This document shows positions 27,263 to 39,786 of a DNA stretch of 64,000 nucleotides, one piece after another; within the stretch, counting starts at the first letter, position 1; each line of letters begins with the position of its first letter. The position numbers were made by a program, and so were the translations under genes. Source of the stretch: Felis catus (Eukaryota); assembly GCF_018350175.1 (NCBI RefSeq), contig NC_058368.1, forward strand, positions 55,740,001-55,804,000, written 5' to 3'. Under the pieces are notes generated by a model that was not told the origin of the DNA, searched no databases, and saw only the letters and a list, made by a program, of their open reading frames with translations.

Positions 27263-27312
27263 TATGCTATATATAGTATATACTAGTTGGCCTTCTAAAA
27301 TGGCTTTCAGCA
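26740..27312 (-). mobile_element. MLT1 (MaLR) LTR remnant
   Basis: gcttaaaaca...tttcacagtt...agctcactcatatagctgttgg...agaaatgacatc...gtccagtccatacac. Confidence 0.7.
27184..27287. repeat. AT-rich palindrome built on (TA)n
   Basis: Symmetric tatgta...tacata core and atatactat...atagtatat flanks. Confidence 0.85.
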
Positions 27313-28390
27313 TTTCTTATTAATATTGACACTTAATACTCACACTTTGTGAACACCTGTATTTAAACATTACCTTTGTTAATATATAGATTTTTAACTT
27401 TTTAAAGTCATTTAACTTCTCCATTTTTCAATTAAATGCTTAATGTAAATCAAAGGGTCACATTTTTGTAACAACTAGCTCAGATTCATGGGAATGGGCT
27501 TTATTTTAATAACAAACTATACTTCTCTCTGGTTATAGAATAAAATAAAACCTACACAATTTAGGATAAATCAGTTCTATTCAACATATTTTTTGTTGTT
27601 ATTTTTTTGTCTCTTTTGACTTTGTCTTGGAAGAAGCACCTATATGGAAAGAGCATCCAGTCTCTTGTTCTTGGTTGTTGTATTTCCAATTGGTATCCAC
27701 CAAGTCGCCCATTTTCATATCTGGTCCTTCATGCTGGCATCAGCTTAGATGTTTACCTTCTCACCTTGTCTCCACATTTCTTTTATTCCTGCATGCACTA
27801 CCACATTCTGTTCTGATTACAAGTCCTTTCTTTTTTTCCTGGCTTCAGTGCCATATTCTCTTAATTAAAAGGAAAGATCATCTTGCTGCTTTTTCCTTGC
27901 TGGGCTGTAGAGGGACTTTGCTTTCATTCCATCTGCTTATATTTTGTACATAACTATCTTACATAACCCTTACTATTTGTATTTTAGCCTGGGTATTGTT
28001 TCTTCTCTGTGAGGTTTACCTACTTTCCTGAATCTTAACCAGAAAATGAGGCTGCCATAACCTTGTTCAGTAGGTTTCCAAAATAGCTGGCCTTTTATTT
28101 GTTCTACCTATAAACTATCATTTGAAAGCTTAGCTTCAAGTCAGAGAAGCAGAGAGCAGTTCTCTTGAGACCTATTCCAGCTTCAGTGTGTTCTGATGTC
28201 CTACTTGACTACTTTGTTTCACGAAGACAAGAAAAGTTCTCATTTTAAAAGCTCTTAGTGAGAAGGAGGGAGACAAAAACTGTGTCAGATTTAGGAAATC
28301 TCTCTCTCTCTGTATATCTATCTATCATGTACAGATTCTTAACTTTTCTGATTATAACTGTATATAATATTCAAAGTTAAGAGCTTCTTT

Positions 28391-28542
28391 AGGTCATGAT
28401 CTCATGGTCTGCATCGGGCTCTATATTGACAGGTCAGAGCCTGGTGCCTGCTTCAGATTCTGTGTGTCTCTCTCTGCCCCCTCACCCCGACTCATGCTCT
28501 CTCTCCATCTCTCAAAAATAAATAAATGTTAAAAAATTTTTA
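28391..28542 (+). mobile_element. 5'-truncated CAN-SINE with internal deletion
   Basis: Starts at aggtcatgatc; TSD aagagctt(c/g)ttt at 28379-28390 and 28543-28554. Confidence 0.9.
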
Positions 28543-29218
28543 AAGAGCTTGTTTCATTCTCAAGTTACTTTCCTAAGCCAAGAAAACAAACAAACAAACA
28601 AACAAACAAACAAACAAACAAACAAAGTCTAAAAGGTCCAGAGGGTCTAGGGGCAGGGAGTAGCATAGAGCAAGGAATGAATGAGAATGAAAGCTCATTA
28701 GTTAACAGATCAAAATCTCATTCTATCAGTATATGAGAGTAATTTGTAAACTCTGAAGCTACACCCACACTGACACACACAAATGCACATTTATAGATGT
28801 ACCACACACACAAATATTGTTGCACTATTAATAGGATTATTTACTATTTTTTAAACATAAAGAACATAATCATTAACAGTATTTATATCGGAAATGCTTC
28901 TCAGTGGTCCTATAGTTTAAAACAAGTTTGTAAAATGTGTTTTTTATTCAGGGTAAAACTATTTTGTTTAAAAAATACTATAACATCAAATTTATTGATT
29001 TTATTATGGTATCACCATAATTAACTAATTATATTTAAGCACAATCACAAATTAGAGAGAGCAAATTACATTAAAAACCTATTTCAGAGAACAAAGATGA
29101 GGTTTACAAGTCATTGTATTCATAATTACTGCTAGTACTTGACAATAATATTACTTTATTCAAATGTATGAATTGTAGAGTAAATGACGAAAAAGATGAT
29201 TTACTCAAGAAAAATATG

Positions 29219-29320
29219 AGTACCAGGTATTTTATGGAAGTGTTGAATCACTATATTGTACACCTGAAAAAAGACTCTATGTCAACTAACTGAAATTGTA
29301 ATGAAAACTTAAGAAAAAAA
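29219..29320 (+). mobile_element. Short carnivore L1 3' terminus
   Basis: ggaagtgttgaatcactatattgtacacctgaaa followed by an A tail. Confidence 0.8.
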
Positions 29321-30109
29321 AGAGGTCATTGGAGAGGCCTCTGAAAGTTTAAAGAAACTGAACAAAAACTGAACTAAACATGTTAAGTCAATAAAAAATA
29401 TTATACTCATGTGAAGAAGTAAAAGCAAAAACAAAGACACAGTAATTTAATGTAATTTCATGTTAATTGCATTTCAGAGTGTTTATGACACTATCATTTC
29501 ACTTCTTAATATGGGGAGTGCCACAAAGTTACCATTTTATTAAACTGTGGATGTATATTTATGTAAAGGAAATTTTCACATTATTGCTGACCATTTAAAA
29601 ATCTATATATAAAGGTTTTTCAAGTACCTCATTTTTTAATGGAAACTGGAAAATGTCCTAGAAACCTACTCTTTTACATTCTGACAATTCATTCATTTCT
29701 AAGGAAAAAAAAAATCAGATTATTTGATTTGTGAGTCTACCTTTCTTTGATAAAAATCAGAACATAATAGATACTATGTTTACTGCAAAGATTGTGCTTC
29801 ACCCTTGTTACCAATATCCATGATTGTCTTGGCACCAAACTCTTTTTTTCCTTGGCTCTTAATTTGCGATACAGTCATCTCTTTGTCAGAGTAATCACAC
29901 TGGAACATTACTGTGAAAGAGTGCTATGATATCCTAGGGAGAAGACACTTGGAGAGACAAGAAAAAATATAATACAAATTCCAAAAAACTATATGTGATC
30001 CTGACTCATCACATTTTATGAGAAAAAACATGTCATGGAGAATTTCTTAAGCTCTTTTACATCACCATATTATTAGCCCTCTTATTAGCTACACTACAGA
30101 AATATTTTA

Positions 30110-30318
30110 AATATTTTTAAAATTTATTTTTGAGAGAGACAAAGAGAGAGAGAGGGAGAGAGAGAATGAGTGGTGGAGGGGCAGAGATAGAGGGGAACAA
30201 ATTCCGAAGCAGGCTCCATATTCACAGCAGCGAGTACGATGCAGGGCTGGAGCTCAGGAATCATGAAATCATGACCTGAGCTGAAATTGATCAGTCCCCT
30301 GGGCCACCCAGGCTCCCC
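30110..30318 (-). mobile_element. CAN-SINE
   Basis: tttatttttgagagaga...atcatgacctgagctgaa...ccacccaggctcccc. Confidence 0.92.
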
Positions 30319-30936
30319 AAGAACTGTTTTAAAATAAACTATGTATTTATAAAGTTTTAAACCTACACAGTAACAGGAACTAATATTTAATATGTGGGCA
30401 ATATATATAGCTTTCTTCCATATCCTTTGTCTTCTATTGATTGAAATACCAAGTTATCTCCTAGATGGGTAATTTGAAAATTTTCCTTATATTGAAGTCA
30501 CCTAAGTTTTGTTTTTTTCCCCCTTACTTTGTCTATCATCAATTCTGAACCTCCTCTCTCTAGTCTTTGAAAAATAGTGGCTATTTGTGCTTAGTTGCTC
30601 AATTTAGAACTTCAGAGTAATGGCTGATGCCTCTTTTGTTCTTCAGATGTTCCCCCTGCCAACTGATTTATCAACAATACCTCATTCATGGATCCATTTT
30701 ACTCTTCATCTTCACTGTAACTACACAGAACACATCATCAGCATCCTTAGCTTGCACCATAACGTATGTTATAACTAGCATTTTATATGTTAATCATACC
30801 TCAGAAAGATTTAAAAAATCTTTCAGCATCTCTCATTCAAATGCAAACTCAGTTACCTTAGACAACAAGACCCACAAGATGTGGGTCCCGTCTACTTTAT
30901 GACTTTGTTTCTTACTAGTCTCCTCATTGTTATTAG

Positions 30937-30938
<2 letters not shown>

Positions 30939-30977
<39 letters not shown>
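30939..30977. repeat. (GT)n microsatellite
   Basis: Directly visible. Confidence 0.95.
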
Positions 30978-30981
<4 letters not shown>

Positions 30982-31139
30982 CATTTTGTTTTGTGATGAT
31001 AATCACTCTTTCTTGTATTCACACTGCTGATTTTATGGTTTTTAGCAGTGGATTCCTTCCCCTGAATCTGTGAATGATGTCAGGTCATTTAGAAAGTTTG
31101 TATCTTAGTTTAAATGTATACAGACAGTCTCATCATATA

Positions 31140-31575
31140 TACAGATATTACTAGAAGTATTAATTGCAATTGCCCATCAAATTTGAATAGATAAAATGAA
31201 GTACAATCATTGGATAAAAACTATGCAGTAATAAAAAGTAAACATTGCCAGTCAGGTATAACATAGATGAAACTTAACATTGGTTAAAGAAGGCACTCAC
31301 AAAATAATAACATATTCTATGAATCCACTTATGTAAACCTGAAAACTGGTAAAAATTCATTATAATTTAATATTGTTTCTATCCGGGAGGAGACAGAAGA
31401 TAGTGATAGGAAAGGGACATAAGGAGGCTTTTGTGGTATGCAGGCGATGTTCTTTTTATTGACCCACATGGTGTTTATAATGATATCTTCATTTTGAAAT
31501 AATCCATTGAGTTCATTTATCATTAGTATGGTTTTTCTGTATGAAGGTTACACTTCAACTTAAAAGGTTTATTAA
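31140..31575 (+). mobile_element. Old L1 (L1ME-like) 3' UTR
   Basis: aattgcccatcaa...gataaa...gttctttttattgacc...ttcacttcaac-like 3' end. Confidence 0.6.
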
Positions 31576-33179
31576 AATGACGGGTGTTTAGGTAGTTAGC
31601 AAGTGGAATAAGGATGTCAGATTTGATTAAGAATACACATGTTTTGTAATTAGTTGGTAGCTACAAAATCCATGTAAAGGATAATAGAAGGATGTTTTCA
31701 GTGAAAGCTAGGATGGGGCTGTAAAGAATACTGAATCCTAAATTAGGGGTATAAATTTTAGCTTACACATAATAAAGAATTATTGAAATCTTTATTCCAT
31801 TTTGCTCAGTTAAGAAATTATCCCAAGGTACAAATTATTCCCTCCTAGAGAAGACGGTTATATAATTCAGAAATGAAATTAGATATATTAGTGATTATGT
31901 CAAAAGTCAATTATCAGGCCTAGTTTTCCTTTGCACAGGTGTATCCACATCCTCTCTTCATTGTAGGCAAACTGCTAATTGTGCCTGTACTGTGCAGACA
32001 GGATAAAAAATGTCCTCACCTACTGAACGAAACTGGGGAAGTCCAGGCCCTGCATTTAATCAGGAATCCGATTTTTACCCATTGTTCCTTATGGACGTTT
32101 CATCTCAGAGAATGATATTTTAGAGACCACTGTTTACATTTTGGTATAGACTTCTCATCTTTCTCAACTGCTTATTTAATGCAGAAGTGGACTCTGTAGG
32201 TTTTCTTCCTACTTCATTTGCCATTTGTAGTTTACTCAGTGTTTTGCCGTGAAGACGATCCTCGGGGTCTAGTCCTGAGTCCTCTTTTCTTTCTCTTTCT
32301 TCCTTTCTTCCTCCCTCCCTCCTTTATTTCTTCCCTTCCTAACTTCTTTCCTTCTTTCCTTCTTTCTTTCTTTCTTTCTTTCTTGCTTTCTTGCTTTCTT
32401 GCTTTCTTGCTTTCTTTCGTTTTTACTTTACACTTCCTGAGTTATCTCATCCATTCCTGTGGTGTTACACACAAATCCTGCACTGATCTTCTCCTTGGCT
32501 TTGGCAGATGTTTCACACTTGTAAAATTATAATCATAAACCGTAAATATCTTTAATTTATCCTTGATGAAATTTGATTAACACCATATGCCACATGCCAA
32601 TAGCAGAAAACTTGACAGGACACAAATGCTTTTGAGGATTCAAAGCACTTAACAATTAGTGTTTGGAAAGAAGGTAAGCATATTAATGAATATTTACAGA
32701 CCAGTTATCATACAATTTTACTTAAGTCCAATATGTTATCTGCCTTGATAGCTAAAATATATAACCTATTTAAAAATAACAAAAATGTTCCAGTAACACC
32801 AGTGTTATTTTTTTGCTTTCTTTTAACTGGTTCCAATAACTGTTGGTTTATAATCTTATAATAATAAATGTAAGCTTAGAGTTCACTTAGAGTTGTATCT
32901 GATTTTACCATTTTTTGTCACTGACATGATAACAGCTCATTAACTATAGCCTCAAGAATCTATTACTAATAAACTCAATAGATTATGTTAATAATTAATA
33001 TTAGTGACATTGTACATTTATCTTTTTAAATCCAAATAAAACACAGGCCTACTCATTAATTTTCATATATATATATATGTGTGTATATATATATATTTCA
33101 TGTATGTGTTTGATGTGTGTATGAGTCTCTACATATATATACTTATAGGTATGTATATATAAATACATTTGTTGAATAA

Positions 33180-34275
33180 CTTAATATTTTAATCTAGATT
33201 TTTCCTCATCCTCTCATGTTTAACCTATCAAAATTAAACTCCATATTTTGCTCCCAAAACTGTTCCTTAGCAGATCTATCCCCTTCTAGCAAATTACATT
33301 GGCATCTATCCAGTTAATTAGAAACCTAATAATAACTCATACTTTTTCCCTCTTTCACCTCCCCCATCCATTACATTAGCAATTCTTGTCCTATTTTTAT
33401 TGAACTGTCTGCATTTTATTGCAATTAAAATAATCAAAGCCACCATACTTTCTTCCTTTTATTCATGTTCCATTCAGCATTACCCATCTACAGGAAGTCA
33501 TCTTAAAAATATATGTGGGGGCCCCTGGGTGGCTCAGTTGATTAAGCATCTGACTCTTGATTTTGGCTGAGGTCATGATCTTAGGATTTGTGAGATCAAG
33601 CCCCGCATAGGTCTCTGTGCTGTCAGCACAGAGCCTGCTTTGGGGTTCTCTCTCTCCCTCTCTACCTTTCCCTCGTTCATGCTCTCTCTCTCTCAAAAAT
33701 AAATAAGCATTAAAAAATATATGTGATGTGATAGTGTTACTCCCTTTCTTAAATCATTTGATGGTTTTCATTTTACTTTTTAAAGTCTAAACTACCTATG
33801 CTGACTTATGAGAATCTACCTTCAACTGCTTTTCCCAAATCAACACTTAGACCCTTTTACTTGGTAAGCTCTTTCTTGTCAAAATGCCAGAATTCTGTTC
33901 TTTGAGCATCAGGCTCCTCTACTCTTTACAATTTGTGAGCTCACTGTTCTGTCTTGGAAATGCTGTTTTACAGTATTCTGAGCACAGTTGACTCCAGCTT
34001 AATAGTTACCAGTGTCTGTGTTGTCTTCTGAAAGATTCTAGCCCACTGCAAACTGCAGACCTACTTAAGTAACTGTTTCTTTTTTTGCAGACTCAACACC
34101 CTGCTTTTCCTTTCCTTGATAGTTACTTTCAATCTAATTTTGCTTGCTTGTAACCTTTTTTTTTTTAAATTTCTTGTAGCAACACCTAAAAGCTAGGCTC
34201 TTATAGGACAAGGATGCTTTTCTGGCTTGTTTCATCATCTATTGCTAACACTTAGCAAAGATACTAGTATATAGT
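33180..34275 (+). mobile_element. L2 relic, interrupted by a SINE
   Basis: cccccatcca, ttactccctttcttaaatc, ggacaaggatgct...aacacttagcaaagatactagtatatagtag 3' end. Confidence 0.55.
33517..33712 (+). mobile_element. CAN-SINE with 12-bp TSD
   Basis: aaaaatatatgt at 33505-33516 and 33713-33724. Confidence 0.95.
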
Positions 34276-34277
34276 AG

Positions 34278-34760
34278 TGAAGGAAACCAGAATGGGTCAC
34301 CCTAAAATTATTGACATTAAAAATTCTTTTGAACTGAAGGCAAATAAGAAGCAGCAAATACAAGAGAAGCTCTGTCTACTTTCTCCTTTTCTGCCTAAGG
34401 AAGGGTGTAGATTTTCCCTCTACTGGAGACAAGACTCATCAGCCCAGAGATGGCACCAGAGGAATCTGCAAACATACGTTTACTCCATTTGTTCCTTATC
34501 ATATACTTACCACAGTTTGCTGCATTTGGAAGCCTAAAACTACTTTCTTTTGTCCTGCCATTTCTCTATAAATGCCTTGTTCTTTGTTGAAGATGTTATA
34601 TAAGCTGGAGTTTTGACTCCCTGTTTTGAGTTACTTTTTGTTTAGGTTTCTCCTGCATGATGGCTACTGCACTTGTTAATGAACTGTTTTTCTCTTATTA
34701 ATCCTTTTGTCACAGTATCAGGCAAAAATCTAAGAATAGTAAAGTTTTGTTTGTCCTACA
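34278..34760 (+). mobile_element. MER34-like ERV1 solo LTR
   Basis: tgaaggaaaccagaat...tttgaactgaaggcaa...tcctaca; near 4-bp TSD gtag/atag. Confidence 0.72.
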
Positions 34761-34836
34761 ATAGATGTAATTGTTTGCTATCTCTGCTGTAAGAAAACTA
34801 CCACAAATTTAGTGGCTTTTAAAAGAACACAAATGT

Positions 34837-35033
34837 GGGACGCCTGGGCGGCTCAATCAGTTGAGCATCTGACTTCAGCTCAGATCATGATATCGCGGTT
34901 CGTGAGTTTGAGCCCCGTGTTAAACAGCTCAGAGCCTGGAGCCTGCTTTGGATTCTGTGTCTTCCTCTCTCTCTGTCTCCCTGTCCCCTGCTCATGCTCT
35001 GTCTCTCTCTGTCTCTCAAAAATAAATAAATGT
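34837..35033 (+). mobile_element. CAN-SINE lacking its poly(A) and full right TSD
   Basis: gggacgcctgggcggctc...caaaaataaataaatgt, then an abrupt switch to the duplicated segment. Confidence 0.93.
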
Positions 35034-35532
35034 CACTATCATTTATATTTCCCTTACTATGGACCAGGCAGTGTACTAAGCATTTTCTATTAGTGTAGTT
35101 TAATATAGTTAGTACAGTCTCTCATTCTCAAATCAACCCTAAACGGTAGGTAGTATCTTATCATCACTCTTTTACGTATGAATCACAGCAAGTTTCAACA
35201 ACTGCCCCTAAGTGACAAAGCCAGAACTCTTGTGCAGAGTAGTGCTCTTGGCCATTATACAGTATTGTCTCTCATATACCTAGGATTGTTCCTGCTTAGG
35301 CAAACTAGGGAAAAAGCCAAAGTAGCTATTTTTTATAACCGTTTGTGAATACATTTTTAGTTTGTTATAACTGTCCATCTATGAATTGACTTCACCATTG
35401 CTTAGCATATTTCCACACATAAGTTAGCAGCTCAGGCATCAAATATTTCTCCTTTTAAGAAAAATTTCATCTACTTCAGGTAAATTTTCCCCATGTTCAA
35501 CAACCAAAGAAATATTTTATTTGCATTCTTCT
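35034..35532 (-). repeat. Inverted-repeat arm A (derived copy, 499 bp)
   Basis: Reverse complement of 39288-39786; no mismatch found on base-by-base reading. Confidence 0.97.
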
Positions 35533-36429
35533 GGAGGTTGAAAGTCCAAAATTAGTATAAGTGGGCTAAAACTGATAGCCTGTTAGCAAACAGGACTGAA
35601 TTTCTTCTAGAGGTTAAAAGAAGAGTCCATTTCCTAGACTTTTCCATCTTCAAGAAGCTGCCCCATTCCTTGGTTCATGGCCCAAACTTCATCTGCATCA
35701 GCACTGAGCTGAGTGTTCATCATGGTACCATCTCTCAGGTGCTTTTTCTTTTGCCATCCCCTTCCACTTAGAAGGACCCTTGTGATTCTGTTAGGCCCAG
35801 CTGGATAATCCAGGATAATCTCCCCATCACGGGGCCAGCTAATTAGCAACCTTAATTTTATCTGCACCCTTGTTTCTCCAGTGTCATGTAACTTTACGCA
35901 TTCACATGTATTGAGAAGCAGGACATGTATATATTGGGGGACCATTATTCTGCTTACCACAGTCGGTAATCATAAGTCTGTTTGGTTTTGTTTTTCAATA
36001 AGTGAAGAAGTAATAAATTTTCTTTTAAATACCTGTTAAGTCACTACTATGAATGTTTGAATAAGTGAGTTAGGTGACATTACATTCTTTCTAAGCAAAT
36101 ATTCAGAATTAATAAAATTTTATTTTTATGTACACATTCTTTATTTGACAGTATTCTTCCCCCAAATAAACAAAAACAGAATTATTTTTAGCGTATGAGG
36201 CAACATAATGCTGTGCGCAGGTTTGGGTCCTGAGGAAAAACAGAGCTGAGGTTGAAATGTTCCCCAAAATTATTCAAGTGATTTGTAAAATCGTGGCTAA
36301 TTCATAAAGCCTTTCTATTTCTGATTTTTTTAACATACGAAATAGGGATATTATCATTTATAATACTTCAGTCCTATTTGGGAAATACTTTACAGAGGGT
36401 GGGTGTCAATAAGTACTGAAAGTTTCAGG

Positions 36430-36564
36430 AACCAACAACTGTATGGTCAACTAATCTTCAACCAAGCAGGAAAGAATATCTAGTAAAAAAAGACAGTCTC
36501 TTCAACAAATAGTGTTGGGAAAACTGGACAGCTGACATGCAGAAAAATGAAACAGGACCACTTT
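36430..36564 (+). mobile_element. Isolated internal L1 ORF2 fragment (~135 bp)
   Basis: tatggtcaactaatcttc...gacagtctcttcaacaaat...gggaaaactggacag; homologous to ~15090-15220 of the big L1. Confidence 0.85.
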
Positions 36565-38369
36565 GTAAAGTGACTTTTTTCATGAAGTTAGTGATTTGGC
36601 AGGTTGTATCTGTCAAAAGTAGACTATAGGAAAAGTCACTAAAAAGATTACTTCAGTTCTCTAATACCCATTCTTTCTTCTCAAATGTTGGCTTCATTTC
36701 CTTTAACATCTGCTCTGAAATAATTTACCATTTCAGCTCTGTTTAACATCTAGCGTTTGTGACTCATTCTGCTTTTCTTAATCACTTCCAAAAAAGTAGT
36801 CATAATCTTCCTCAATTGCTTGGGGGAGAGGAAGTTGAACACATTTATTCCTTTTCATCACAATTTAAACTTGATGCAAATCATGTTCATAAAAATAATT
36901 TTCAAATGATGGCAAGTTAAAACACTTATTTTTACACCTCCTGTGATAAGAATGCATTGTATCTATATTTTTAAAGATTTCAAGGAGACAAATGTTATAA
37001 TTTCTATTACCCAATCCATTCTTCATTGTTAGCCTTTTCATGTGACCTATGAAACATCGGAAGTGCCATTAAAATCTCTTTTCTATGTGGGCATGGGTAT
37101 TTTCACTATGTATACATAGACATACACCTAAGTTTGTGTTTTTACTACCTTTATATGTGAAGTTTATTTCACTTATCTGTTCTACAATTATTGGTTTTTT
37201 AGTTTAAGGGCCTTTTTTCTCAGTTGTACTTTTTCTTTTTTTCATATTTGAGTAATAAATGTACACAATTTTGAAGTCATATAGTGTAATGAGCTTATAA
37301 AATTTCAGTAGATGTTCGCTGGCCTCTTTTTCTCAAAACATCATCCCAATGTCTAGAGGCTGTACTTTTCGTTATTTTAACTCTTGCCATACACTGCTGC
37401 ATTTTATTTACCATGTTATACATTATCATTTGGCTTCCTGTCATAGAAGATGGGGGTTATAGCTTTCTTATATTCTTAGCCCTTCCCTTTCATGAAATGT
37501 CAACATTGTGTTTGTACAGAAAATCACTTGTTTTGATATTGTCATTCAGTGAGTGGTACTTCATTTGTATTTTCTTTATTATACAACACGGGCTGTTAAA
37601 ATTGCCTAATTTTTTTCATATTTTATGTTTCATTTTAACATTAGTCATCAGCATTTGTTTAAAAAGTACTCAATATAATTTTATATATAGTCAATCCTCT
37701 CAAATATTTTCACTAGTTTTTTGGGGGGAGGTTGAGGTGGGTTGTATCTGATTGTCTTTTGTTTGTTGTGTGTTTTCAAAAAAATTCTTCTGTGTCTTTC
37801 AGGTGTCTCTCTCCAACCAACTTTAGTTTTGAGTTTCTATTAGGACTCCTGTAAAACTTCTGTCTCAACCTCTCCTAGTGTTGACAGTACTGAAATTCAC
37901 TTTATCTTTATAATTGTATAGATATCCACAACAAAAGTATATAATAGCTTACATGAAGGAACAAGTCTGTTATTTCTTACCGTTTTTCTTTAAAATAACC
38001 AGATGCAGAGTTTATAAATTTATTGGAAGAACTTTATATTTTGTAGTTTTCATTTGAAATTTATTATTAACCATAATAAATAAAACTTACTAGTAAAACT
38101 AGTATCTTAATTTTACATAATGATATTTTCGAGAGTACTTCCATCAGAATGAAGTAATCATCACATTTTAATATATATTTTATATTACATTTCAATATCA
38201 TTAGAATCATCATATGATGTTTGCTTTCAACTTAAAGCTTTTGTAGTGCTATTTCCATTCATTTTAGTATTGAAACCCCCATTCTGCATAAAGCCAGTTC
38301 TCTATTTATGAATTTCCTGGAACAACCTCAAGTAGACACTTAGAACCAGTTGAGATGGTGAAATTTTTT

Positions 38370-38641
38370 CATTTCTTTTTTTCTTTTTTCCTTTCTTTTC
38401 TTTCTTTTGTTTTTCTTCTCTTCCCTTCTCTTTTCCTTTTATTTTTTCTTTTTCTTCTCTTTTCCTTTGTTTTATTTATTCATTTATTTATTTATTTATT
38501 TATAATTTAAAATTTAAATTCCAGTTAGTTAACAAACAGTGTAACAGTAGTTTCAGGAGTACAATATAGTGATTCAACACTTGCATGTAACACTCGGTAC
38601 TCATCAAAGCAAGTGTGCTCCTTAATCCCCATTACCTATTT
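38370..38641 (-). mobile_element. 5'-truncated carnivore L1 3' end with expanded T/CT-rich tail
   Basis: ttccagttagttaac...tttcaggagtacaatatagtgattcaacactt. Confidence 0.8.
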
Positions 38642-39287
38642 ATTTTCTGAATTATTTTATTCTCCCGTTCTCTGTGACAACAATTTCACTTCTTTTCAAA
38701 AATTCAGAATCTCTTACTTCCTTACTACTCACAACTACGCACTTTGCTTTCTACTTCATGGAGATACTAGAAACTATAGAAAAAGTATTACAGTATTTTG
38801 CTTGCCTGCCCCTGAGATACTGTGGAAACCTATGGTACCTACAATTTTGTAACATAAATGGTCACAAAAATATAATTGTTGACATTTTAAATATTAACAA
38901 GATATTTTGATGCTAGAAGTTTCAAAGCTGTTTTAATGTTATCTATTCAAAGGGAAATGCAAGAGATTAAGATTTGGAATAGGTAATAGATGCACAATTT
39001 TATCATAAAGTAATCGAGAATGATTGTAAAAGTGGAATTGTAACAACAGATCCAACATAATACCTCCATCATAAGTACATTTTAGGTACTTTAGTTTTCG
39101 GAAAACTATGAGATTCTTAAAATATATTCCATCACATTATCCATACTGCAGACACCCGGCAAAGTCTTAGAGTACGTTTATAGTTATTCACAGTTTGAAG
39201 ATGTTGCTCTGGAATATGGAGAATTCATAGAGTTTTAATAATGAGTATTTTCTTGGCTCAAACTATTTGGGAAGAGGCAATACCAGT

Positions 39288-39786
39288 AGAAGAATGCAAA
39301 TAAAATATTTCTTTGGTTGTTGAACATGGGGAAAATTTACCTGAAGTAGATGAAATTTTTCTTAAAAGGAGAAATATTTGATGCCTGAGCTGCTAACTTA
39401 TGTGTGGAAATATGCTAAGCAATGGTGAAGTCAATTCATAGATGGACAGTTATAACAAACTAAAAATGTATTCACAAACGGTTATAAAAAATAGCTACTT
39501 TGGCTTTTTCCCTAGTTTGCCTAAGCAGGAACAATCCTAGGTATATGAGAGACAATACTGTATAATGGCCAAGAGCACTACTCTGCACAAGAGTTCTGGC
39601 TTTGTCACTTAGGGGCAGTTGTTGAAACTTGCTGTGATTCATACGTAAAAGAGTGATGATAAGATACTACCTACCGTTTAGGGTTGATTTGAGAATGAGA
39701 GACTGTACTAACTATATTAAACTACACTAATAGAAAATGCTTAGTACACTGCCTGGTCCATAGTAAGGGAAATATAAATGATAGTG
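39288..39786 (+). repeat. Inverted-repeat arm B (donor copy, 499 bp)
   Basis: Identical in reverse complement to 35034-35532; the contained MIR continues past 39786 here only. Confidence 0.97.

Larger units (their letters stand above)
34766..35961 (-). mobile_element. MLT1 solo LTR split by a SINE plus a 499-bp templated insertion
   Basis: Left part ctgctgtaagaaaactaccacaaatttagtggc; resumes at ttctggaggttgaaagtccaaa; ends ggggaccattattctgcttaccaca. Confidence 0.85.

Noticed and set aside
34837..35532. SINE-plus-local-RNA retrochimera or SINE 3' transduction as origin of arm A
   Set aside because: No terminal poly(A) or TSD, no SINE next to the donor, and the SINE is diverged while the copy is perfect
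39190..39240. FEDVALEY peptide after an AG, resembling the KRAB-A start
   Set aside because: Stop follows within 15 codons; no further KRAB residues or zinc-finger exon in the window
35034..39786. DNA transposon with long terminal inverted repeats
   Set aside because: Arms are host DNA plus MIR, the spacer has no transposase, there is no flanking TSD, and MLT1 continues across arm A
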